DNA of 64,000 nt, from positions 1,488,001 through 1,552,000 of the forward strand of contig JBHGNT010000011.1 of the NCBI GenBank assembly GCA_043228905.1. The letters are read 5' to 3'. The notes under the pieces were generated by a model. The model was not told where the DNA came from. It ran no database searches and saw only the letters and a list, made by a program, of their open reading frames with translations. Source of the DNA: Azolla caroliniana. Lineage: Eukaryota; Plantae; Polypodiophyta. This document shows, piece after piece, positions 24,652-34,864 of this stretch. The position numbers were made by a program, and so were the translations under genes. Each line of letters starts with the position of its first letter. Within the stretch, counting starts at the first letter, position 1.

Positions 24652-25306
24652 TGTCGTGAAGAAAACTGTCCACGGGTGGAATTGGGGCACCAAGGCGTGG
24701 GAACCGGCTCTTCACGCACGTGCGCGCCAAGTTGTACATAGAGGCGAATTAGGCCCCTAGGAGGATCGAAGTGGTTAGATACGGTAGGTGGGAATTTAAT
24801 GCCGGACGGCTCCTTCTTGACGGATACGAGGAGGAAGTGGGGTGGGGGGGGTCAGGGGGGATCCGGGGGGGACGCGTCTCTCTCTGTTCTCTTTCCCTTT
24901 TGCTCGATAGCTTTCCTGTGCAGGTTTGGGGGGGGAGGCTCGCGCTGTTTCGAGGAACGCCCGAGTGCTTCCGGCAGCACCTCCGACCTGCTCCCTTTTG
25001 TGCGACGTAGCGAACAGGCATCGGCATTTGTTCGCCGGCCTGTTCGGTTGTAACCATCCTGTGCCCCATCGTGGGTTGTAGCTTCTTGATCAGATATTTG
25101 CTCATATATATATATATATATTCATTTGTTTTGCGTCTACCTGTGTCGGCGTCTATCCACGTTCTCTGTGTTGAAGGGCCGTGTCCCCGTGTATCCCCGG
25201 TCCTGCGTAACCGGTCCTCTCTCTTTCTCCACCCTCGCTTGCTCTTCGGTTCAAGACCCCCGCGGTCCCGCCTCGTTTCTATACGCACTTGCGTAATATC
25301 GCGACA
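24652..25306 (+). repeat. 5' LTR of J (655 bp)
   Basis: Direct repeat of 31051-31701. Confidence 0.96.
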
Positions 25307-25309
25307 TCT

Positions 25310-25327
25310 TGGTGAACCCGACGTGAA
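25310..25327 (+). promoter_or_regulatory. PBS of J, complementary to the tRNA-Trp 3' end
   Basis: TGGTGAACCCGACGTGAA matches plant cytosolic tRNA-Trp(CCA) as I recall it. Confidence 0.85.
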
Positions 25328-25349
25328 AGAGGCGGCAGAAGAGCAGGAA

Positions 25350-27476
25350 ATGAGGGGATCGGATCTTGCAGAGGCCATGGCTTCGGCCGTTGACCGGTTA
25401 GTAAACGCACGCGAGGGCTCCGGCGCCCTCGATAGAGCCATTGAGGCGGTCGTCGGTACAATCGGCCGATTCAGCGGAAAGGATGCCACGAAGTACTTGG
25501 CGTCCTACGGTGCAGAGATGCTGATGCGGGACATTCCGGAAGAAAGGCGTCTTGCCGGATTTCCCCGAGTGGCGGTGCCGAGCATCCATGCGGAGGTACT
25601 CGAGGTGCGGGCGGAGAGCCGTACCTGGGAGGAGTTCGAAGGTCGGCTCCTAGAGAAATACGGGCTGGACGACGCGCTCCGGCTTTCGAAACGAAGCTTC
25701 ATGGAATGGGTGGAGTCCCCCGGGAAGGGAAGAAACGCGTCGGCACTCCTCCGGGAGTTTGAGGAAAACTTTGCGCGCCTTTCGACGCTTGACCGAACGA
25801 TCCTGGATACAAGCCGGGTCCTACTGTTCGTCAAGTCGGTGGACGAGCGGGATCGGGATCACGTGGGCGCCCTGCTGGAAACCGAAAACGGGCTGACGAC
25901 CGACTGGGCGGGGGTTAAGAGAGCCTGCGGCCGTTTCGACAAACGGCGAGAATGGGCGGATAACGGGGCGACCGGGTCGGGCTCGGTCGCAGCAAGGAAG
26001 CTTGAACCGGCGCAGCCGGTGCGAAAGGGAGAGACCCGGGAGTGGCTAGAAAACGGTTCAGCTTCGACCGGCGTGATCAGAGGCTCGACCGGAGGAGCTG
26101 CGCTGGAGGAATTGACGAGGGCGATAAAGGACCTCCAAATTGCACAAGCCTGCAGGGAAGGCGGCGAACCGGCTCGCGACCGACGGCCGGTAGCGGGAAA
26201 CAGATGCATGTGGTGCGACGAGGTCGGCCACATTCGGAAGGACTGCGGCGATTTCGCAGAGGCGCTGAAGAACCGGGTGGTGTACCTGTGGGAAGGCCGG
26301 GTGCACGCCAACGACACCAGAAGGGCCCTAAACCGAAACGACGGGCGAGGAGGAATGAAGAGACTGATGGAAGAGGCGGCGGCCCGACATGCGGAAACCG
26401 TCCACTACTCGGCGTCGGCCGGCATTCGGGTCGGGGGCAGCGAGGCCCGAAAGGAAAGCAAAGCCGGATTCTGGTCGGCGATGCTGGAAGGCCTCGCCGG
26501 TACGCGGCTGAAAGGGGACGAAGCGGACCGCGCGGAGAAACGGGTCCGGGAGATAACCGGGTGGAGCGACCCGGTCGAGGAAAAGACGGGCTTCGTGGAA
26601 GCCGCCTGCCAGAACTACGAGGCTCTGGTAGAAGAGAAGCGGGTGGGGAAAACCGGAACGACCGGGCCCTCACAACGATAAGAGACCCGGTTCGGGCAAC
26701 GACGGAACGAGGCCGGCGGGTCCAGTGCGCAAGATAACCCCAGGAAGGGCGGATACCGACTGGGGACGGAAATAGAGAGGACCACGGACCTGCGGAAGGT
26801 CCTGGAAGAACGGATCCTCGACAGCAAGGTGGAGCTGTCATTACGGGAAGTGCTAGGAATCGCCAGGAAGGAGTTCCACGACTCCATCGTGGACTTGGTG
26901 AAGCGGAAGAGGCTGTCAACGGAGGTAGAACCGGAAAGACCGGTAGAGGTGCGGACGACGCACCTAGACGACATGTCGCTGGAAGATGAGTGGGCGGAGA
27001 GCCACTATTCGAGGCCACACTGGGCCCGAGCGACCACGGAAACCCCGGTGAAGATCGGAGATGTCCAGGAACCGGTGGTAGCTTTGGTGGACCACGGTTC
27101 GGAGATAAACCTAATGTCCATGGACTTCTACAAGAAGGGCAAATGGCCAATCAACACCAAGCACGGGTGGAAGATACGGGCGGCGACGCGCGCCACCGAG
27201 GAACTGCACGGGGCCTGCCCGAACGTACGGGTCAAGATCGGCGACGTCGAGATTGACCAGCACTTCTTCGTACAGGAGACGTCCTCGTATCCGGTAATAT
27301 TGGGAGAGCCGTACATCACGGCGGCGCGAATGGAGACCAAGGTGCTGAATAACGGTTCGGCCTATGCAAGGGTCAAAAGCCAGGACGGGCGCCGTTCGGT
27401 CCAGTTTCTGACGATACGGCCGAACCACGAACGTAACCGCGACTCCCTCGATTCCGAAAACCGAGAGGATTTTTAG
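25350..27476 (+). pseudogene. gag: Gag-protease of J, one premature stop (26679-26681)
   Basis: CMWCDEVGHIRKDC, ALVDHGSEINLM, VILGEP; the two ORF pieces share a frame; G has TAC at the stop position. Confidence 0.92.
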
Positions 27477-30400
27477 AGAGGACTACCAAGGCGTGGGGCC
27501 ACAACAGTCCGGATGCTCCGGGAAAACCCCACATCTGTACGATAAGACCGTGTACAATAGGTAGGAAATTTTGCTTCTCCGACAGCGGAGCATGTACGAT
27601 AGTCGGCATCACCGGCCGAGAGAAGACAAAGACGAAGGGGAGACTTCGAGCGTGCGGAGTTCTCGGCCCTGACGAGGAAATCAACGGAGCCGTGGAGGCG
27701 GTCTCCTTCGACGACACCTTGGGAATGCTGGGGAAGGTAGTCAAAGAAGACCTTAACGAAGACCGGACGATACCGGTATGTTCCGAAGAGATGTACGAAG
27801 CCATCGCGGACTTTGGTCGGGGGCTCGAGTCGGATCGGACGGCCCGAGTAAGCACCAAGTACAAGACTGTGGACCGGAAGGTAAGGCCAGTCGCGGTACC
27901 CTTACCGGAGGGCAGCGAGTCGCGGATCAAAGGGGGTGCATCAGACCCCAGCTTACGAGATCCGGCCCGCATAGGACACACCTTCACCGACGGGACGCTC
28001 CGGGAGCTCAAAATCGGTGGGGGCGGGTTCCTACTGCCGGCGGAGGAAGACCGATTTCGGAGGATGCTCGGAAGGCACGGGAAAGCCTTCGCATTCTCAC
28101 CGAAAGAGATCGGGTGCGTAGACCCGACGATTGTGGAGCCGATGGTGATATTCACGGTACCGCATGTACCGTGGAATCTCAAGCCGATTCCGGTACCAAG
28201 AGCTCACATCCCGAAGCTGATGGAGCTATTGAGGCAGAAAGTAGATATGGGCATCCTCGAACCGTCGAGTGCCCCATACTCGAACCGTCGAGTGCCCCAT
28301 ACTCGAACCGATGGTTCACCGTACCGAAGAAAAACGGAACGTTGCGCTTCATTCAAGACCTGCAGCCGGTCAACAGAGTGACCATTCGAAACACAGGAAT
28401 CGGACCGACCATAGACGAGTTCGCGGAGGCCTTCGCCGGAAGGTCGATTTACTCGGTCGGTGATCTGTACTCGGGGTACGACCAGTTCCAGCTAGCCGTG
28501 GAGAGCAGAGACATTACGACGATGCGAACTCCCCTCGGTCTAGTGCGAATGTGTACCCTGCCACAAGGAGGGACCAACTCGGTGGCCCACATGGTGAATG
28601 CAATGAACAAAGTACTGAGGGATTGCATACCAGACATCACCATGCCGTTTCTTGACGACATCCCCATAAAGGGATGCCCGGTGGAGGAGAAGGACGAGAC
28701 AGTCGGGCCGGACGGATGCCGGCGATTCGTGAAGAAACACATCGACGACTGCGAGAAGGTGCTACAAAGGCTAGAGGATGCTAGGCTCACCTTCTCGGGG
28801 GAGAAATCAGCCTTCGGGCAGTCGGAAATCATGGTGGTCGGACACTTATGTGGGCCATATGGCCGGAAACCGTCTCCGGCAAAGGTAGAAGCCATCTCCG
28901 CGATGAAGCCCGACTTCAGCTCGGTCACGGAAGTACGAAGATTCTTGGGAGCATGCGCGTTCTACCACATATGGATCTCGCATTACGCACACGTCGCGGG
29001 GCCGCTGTACGGGTTGCTGAAGAAAGGGCGAAGGTTCGAATGGCTTGACGAGCACACGGAGTCGGTCCGGAAGCTGAAGGAGGCTCTTTCGGCAGCACCG
29101 GCGCTCCGGAAGGCCATCTACAAGAAGGGCACCCCAGTATACATAACGGTTGACACGAGTCCGACCGGAATCGGGTGGGCCGTCAACCAACAAGACGAGG
29201 ACGGTAATCGGTTTCCGATCCGATTCGGCGCGAAAGTCCTCAGTGAGCGGCAGCGAGGATACGCCCAGGTTAAATGCGAACTCTGGGGTATTGTTTCGGC
29301 GGTAAAGGCCGACAAAGACTATCTGATCGGGACAGAAGTGATTATCGAGACGGATTGCCTGCCAATTCTCGGCATGGTTTCCGGATGCGCGACACCGGAC
29401 CTGGCGATGCTCAGGTGGATAGCGTACATCAAGTCCCTGGACCCGGAAATACGACACATTTCCGGAAAAGACAACGCCATGGCCGACATGCTTTCGAGGG
29501 CGAGGTTCGATGACGAGGGCGGCATGGTTTCGGAGGACGAAGAGGTCGGCGTGGACTTCTTCGAGGCAACATACGTAACAACAGACGGGACGAGCACTCC
29601 GGCACTTAACGACTTCGACGCGAGCAAGTACGACGGGGAGTGGCAGCGGATCGGCGGGTTCTTGAGGACAATGGCGCCGGATGCGTCATGGACGAAAGAC
29701 GAGGCCAACCGGATCCGGAAGAAAGCGTACCGGTTCTTTCTCCGGGATGGCTATCTATGGAAACACCCGAAGAAGAGGAGCGGCGTCCCGCTCCAGGTGG
29801 TGGCGATGAAGGAAGAACAGGAGGAGCTACTGGCGGCCTACCACGACAGCCCTTGGGCTGGACACCGTGGAACGTGGGCCACGTCCGAGAAACTAAAGGG
29901 GAAGTACTGGTGGCCGGGATTGTACCGGGACGTGCGTCGGTTCGTGACGACTTGCGAAAACTGTCAGATGCACTCCGTAGTCCGACACCGGGACGAGCTT
30001 CACCCTACGTACCCTCCGACCGTCCACTTCAAATGGATGGTAGATCTGGTGACGATGCCAATGGGGGTAGGACAGATGCGGTATCTGGTCCTAGCACGGG
30101 AGGATCTGACGAACCAGGTGGAAGGCCGGGCCCTTCAGAACAAAATGACCACGGCCGTATGTCGGTTCCTAATCGAGGACGTGATATGCCGGTACGGGTG
30201 CGTCGGGAAGATCGTGGCTGACCGAGGGGAGTTGGACGCCGAAGAAGCCGCGGAGCTGTTCGACCGGCTGGGAGTCAAGCTCTCGCTCACCACTGCGTAC
30301 AATCCGGAGGCGAATGGAAAGGTGGAGCGCGGACACGGGCCGATCGTCAAGGCGCTGGTTCGGGCATGCGGAGGCCAAGTCGGTAACTGGCCGCGGCTGC

Positions 30401-30978
30401 TACCTTATGCTTTGTGGGCAAACCGGACTACGCACAGTTCAGTAACTGGGTACATGCCGACGGAGCTCATGTTCGGCCAGAAGCCGATCATGCCAATGGA
30501 ACGGACGATCTCCTCATGGGCAACGGTCGACTGGAGGGACGAGATGAGCCGGGAGGAGTTGTTGGCCGCGCGTATACGGCAACTCGAGCGGAGACCGGAG
30601 GACATGGAGCTAGCTGCGGAGAAGCTCCGGGTGGCGAGGACAAAGAACAAAGCCAGGTTCGACCGAACGCACCGGCTCCGACCGAAGAAGATCGAGGAAG
30701 GTGACTGGGTGCTCGTCTACGACAGCAGCCTCGACAACCAGCACCGGGCTACACGGAAGTTCGCGCGGAGATGGTTTGGGCCGTACGCGGTACAAAGCGC
30801 CAACGACAACGGGACGTATCACCTGGCGGAACTCGACGGCACGAGAATGGCGATACCCGTGGCGGGAAAAAGGATCAAAGCCTTCAAGAAGCGACACGAC
30901 GACGAGCCAGACCCGGTTCTCCTAGACAGCAGCGACGACCGGTCCGAAACCGAGGAAGGACCGATGGGCGAAGAGTGA
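27467..30978 (+). pseudogene. pol: Pol (RT-RH-IN) of J in the -1 frame, broken by a 23-bp duplication
   Basis: DLYSGYDQ, LPQGGTNS, PFLDD, VDTSPTGIG, H-H-C-C zinc motif, DLV/ADRGE/KVER. Confidence 0.95.
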
Positions 30979-31050
30979 AGGCGGGCCGGTTTTCTCCGTC
31001 CCAACTCAGTTTGGCGCATGCCGGTGGATGCGCGGTTAGGTGGGGGCGGA

Positions 31051-31701
31051 TGTCGTGAAGAAAACCGTCCACGGGTGGAATTGGGGCACCAAGGCGTGGG
31101 AACCGGCTCTTCACGCACGTGCGCGCCAAGTTGTACATAGAGGCGAATTAGGCCCCTAGGAGGATCGAAGTGGTTAGATACGGTAGGTGGGAATTTAATG
31201 CCGGACGGCTCCTTCTTGACAAATACGAGGAGGAAGTGGGGTGGGGGGGGTCGGGGGGGATCCGGGGGGGACGCTTCTCTCTCTGTTCTCTTTCCCTTTT
31301 GCTCGATAGCTTTCCTGTGCAGGTTTGGGGGGGGAGGCTCGCGCTATTTCGAGGAACGCCCGAGTGCTTCCGGCAGCACCTCCGACCTGCTCCCTTTTGT
31401 GCGACGCAGCGAACAGGCATCGGCATCTGTTCGCCGGCCTATTCGGTTGTAACCATCCTGTGCCCCATCGCGGGTTGTAGCTTCTTGATCAGATATTTGC
31501 TCATATATATATATATATTCATTTGTTTTGCGTATACCTGTGTCGGCGTCTATCCGCGTTCTCTGTGTTGAAGGGCCGTGTCCCCGTGTATCCCCGGTCC
31601 TGCGTAACCGGTCCTCTCTCTTTCTCCACCCTCGCTTGCTCTTCGGTTCAAGACCCCCGCGGTCCCGCCTCGTTTCTATACGCACTTGCGTAATATCGCG
31701 A
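31051..31701 (+). repeat. 3' LTR of J (terminal CA and TSD missing)
   Basis: Matches the 5' LTR up to TATCGCGA, then host I sequence resumes. Confidence 0.95.
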
Positions 31702-34256
31702 GAAAACATTGCACATCACGCACTGAAAGGGGCGTTTTCCACTCTAAAATTGCTTGTACCTTCATGGGGTCCATAGCAATACCATTTGACGATACAACAT
31801 ACCCCAGAAATTCCACTTGATTCTGGCCGAAACTACACTTTTCTAATTTTGCGTAGAGACCATATTCTCGGAGTCGACGCAGTACTTGACGAACATGTTC
31901 ATCATGCTCCTCTTGGGTCTTTGAGTACATTAAAATATCATCTAGGTAAACTATAGTGAAGATATCAAGAAAATCTCAAAAAATATCGTTCGCCATATGT
32001 TGGAAAACAGCAGGTGCATTCGTGAGACCGAATGGCATCACTGTATACTCAAAATGTCCATAGCGAGTGCGGAAAGCTGTCTTCCATTCATCCCCTGGGT
32101 GAATCCGAACTAGATTATATGCTCCGCAAAGGTCCAACTTCGTGAAATATTTTGCACCACTGAGACATTCCAAAAGATTCGGGATTAATGGTAGAGCATA
32201 TCTATTCCGGATAGTCACTTTGTTTAGCCCTCGATAATCCACGACCAACCGAAGAGTCCCATTCTTCTTCTTAACGAAGAAGATAGGTGCACCAGCAGGG
32301 GATCTAGAATGCCGAATGAATCCGTTTGCCAGATTCTCATCAATATATTCCCGCAAAGTCTCTAGCTCTACAAGGGAGAGATTATAAATTGGGCCCCATG
32401 GAGGTTCTTTCCTTGGTTGTAAGTCAATAGGGCAGTCTTATGGCCGATGCTCCGGCAATGTATTGGCCTTCACCTTATCAAAGACATCTAAAAACTCCTT
32501 GTATTTCTCTGGTAGTTTAATAATCGCTTCACGTGAAGTGGATGATGGAGTTGTTATTATTGCGAAGACGAACATGGCCTCGTTCCCCCCTTCCTCCCGC
32601 AACTGTCGTAAAGAGATGGGCGATAACTCTGGGGATCTATTATCACATGTAGGAGAGAGGGATGCGGGATTTGTGCTTTTTTCCCGGGTCTCCTCAATTG
32701 TTCTTTTCATCCAATCAATCTTTGGGTTATGGAGTTCAAACCAGGGGAGACCTAGAACTATTGGGTGTTCCGGACTACGAATAATGTTGAAAGAGATTAT
32801 GCTTGCCAAATTGCCAAGAACTATCCTAATTGGCTCGGACTCCTCGACTATATCTCTTGATGCTATGGGACGTTCATCAATGACTCCTACGGCTACTAGG
32901 CTGGGAAGCATATTCAAGAGGATGTTTTGTGACAAGGCAAATTCACGATCCATGAAACAAGAGTTGGCTCCAGAATCTAGAAGGGCAGAGGCTAGGACTC
33001 AATGACATGTAGATGTGGTAAGCTCGACTTGTGTACTCGACTCACTTGATTTGATGAAATGGAACCACGACTAGGAACTAACTATACATAGCTAGGATGG
33101 TCCAGCCAAATGGCTCCTATTTTGGCCGGACTTACTCGTTTAACACATCCTCTAATTGACTCAAGACATCGAATCTATTCTCATGACATGGACTATGAGG
33201 CTTATTTATGTTATTAGAAGTAACAATAGAACTCGATGTAGGGTTTTCATGGGCACTTACTTGGTATACTTGACGCCTAGGTTTATGTGGAAAATTTACA
33301 GTTATATGTCCTGGACCGCCACAATACAGGCAGAGGCGATGCGCTCGACGTCGTTGCTTCTCAGCATCTGATAACGGCCCACGACGTTGTGTTGACTCTA
33401 TTTCCATCGGAGTTGGGCCATCCCTTGTAATGGGTCTAGAAACTTGTGGAGGCGTTGCGACTACGGAAGCGTAAGTCTGCTCAGGTTGGCGGCGTAACAT
33501 TTGTTGGCGCTCAGAACGTCACTCAAATAGGCGATTATCACATCGCACATCTCGACTAATGGCTTCTGTAAGTCACTTCGGATCTTCAGGGAAAGTAAGA
33601 AGAAGATCTTTGACATCATTTCTCAAACCTTGACGGAATTGATCCATTAAAGCTGCCTCATCCCAAGGGATATCGCATGCCAAGAGACAGAAATCGGCTG
33701 CATAAGACAACGCGGGACGATCTCCTTGTCGGAGCCTTCGAATCTTGTTTATCGTTGTCCTAGTGCTGTCGGTGTCTCCGAAACTAGCTTGAAACTCTTT
33801 AACAAATGCCTCGAAATCCTCCAGCAATGGTGATTTCTTCTCGAGAAGTGGTGCGAACCATGCTAACGTCGTACCGCATAGCAAAGTTCCCACTAATCCC
33901 ACACGAGCAGCATCAGTTGGATACCGATTGGGATGTAGCTGAATAACTAGATGAACTTGATTCAAAAAGCCTCGAAATAAAGACCTTGTACCATCAAACT
34001 TGGTAGGGAGGCTGATCTTTGGTTCTCTAGGGGAGTTCTGAGCCCCCGACGCTTGCTCTCGTAATGACAATATAGTCACCTCGAGTTGATGAACCCGCTG
34101 TGATAACTCTTCATATTGTTGAGCTTTTTCAGCGCTCACATGTTGTAGATCTCCAAGTAGCCTTTGATTCTCATGCTCTAATGCCAGAAATTTATTCGTG
34201 AGCATGTCGAGCTCAGAAAGAACACGCATGTATTCTTGTTTGCTCACGGACTCCAT
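31702..34256 (-). pseudogene. gag-pol: Gag, protease and RT of I
   Basis: [50 protein letters not shown]. Confidence 0.95.
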
Positions 34257-34342
34257 AGCTTACGAGGGGAGAGGAGAAGGAAGAAGAGAACTTGTTAGGG
34301 TTTGTGGAAGACGAAGAGATGAAAGGAAAAAAATTGGTTCAA

Positions 34343-34864
34343 CGCCATTTTGTAGCCTACTCTTTGTAATCTATTTTACGCTTCAATATAATAATTCTCT
34401 TTCAATTATCTCTCTATCTCTTTTTCTCTCTCTTTCTCTCTCTCAGTCTTGGCATTATTTCTCTATCTCTTTTTCTCTCTCTTTCTCTCTCTCAGTCTTG
34501 ACAGTTTGAACCAATTTAGGTTTGGGATGGGTGGTAGATCCCTATTTATAAGTAATAGAGAACACTCTAGAATATTCTAGGTTATCCTAGAATGTAGAGT
34601 AATCTAGAAGATCTCTAGAGTATTCTAGAAGGTTCTAGTGGTATAGAACACTCTAGAATATTCTAGGTCATTCTAGAATGTAGAGTAATATAGAATATTC
34701 CTATGATATTAGATTTCATATTCTAGAGACTATACATGTAAGAATATTATTACAATGGTTAAGGATTTGACATGTGTACAACAAGGTCGTGGGTTCAAAT
34801 CCTTTCGAGTCATAATGTGAGTGTCATGATCCTTTCGATGCATGATGTGACTATTATCATGACA
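34343..34864 (-). repeat. 5' LTR of I with the R-U5 segment (34343-34505) inverted
   Basis: 34343-34503 is the reverse complement of 22236-22396; 34506-34864 is a direct match. Confidence 0.93.

Larger units (their letters stand above)
24652..31701 (+). mobile_element. Ty3/gypsy element J (same clade as G), near intact
   Basis: LTRs 24652-25306 / 31051-31701, PBS TGGTGAACCCGACGTGAA 25310-25327, PPT-like AGGTGGGGGCGGA. Confidence 0.97.
22236..34864 (-). mobile_element. Chromoviral Ty3/gypsy element I (Tf1/Tcn1-like, self-priming); hosts J
   Basis: LTR pair, minus-strand PPT GAAGAAGGGGGA next to 22755, integrase plus chromodomain. Confidence 0.95.

Noticed and set aside
25071-25349. N-terminal extensions of gag ORFs (also at 3742, 38493, 43268)
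   Set aside because: They start at alternative codons within the LTR/PBS; the likely ATGs are downstream.
26077-28182. Long antisense ORFs (357 aa, 269 aa) and similar ones opposite K and L
   Set aside because: Shadow ORFs of GC-rich coding sequence with no motifs; not maintained in the related element.
24652-31701. Bacterial or fungal contamination suggested by high GC
   Set aside because: Precisely nested in I, and its relative G contains plant copia insertions with TSDs.
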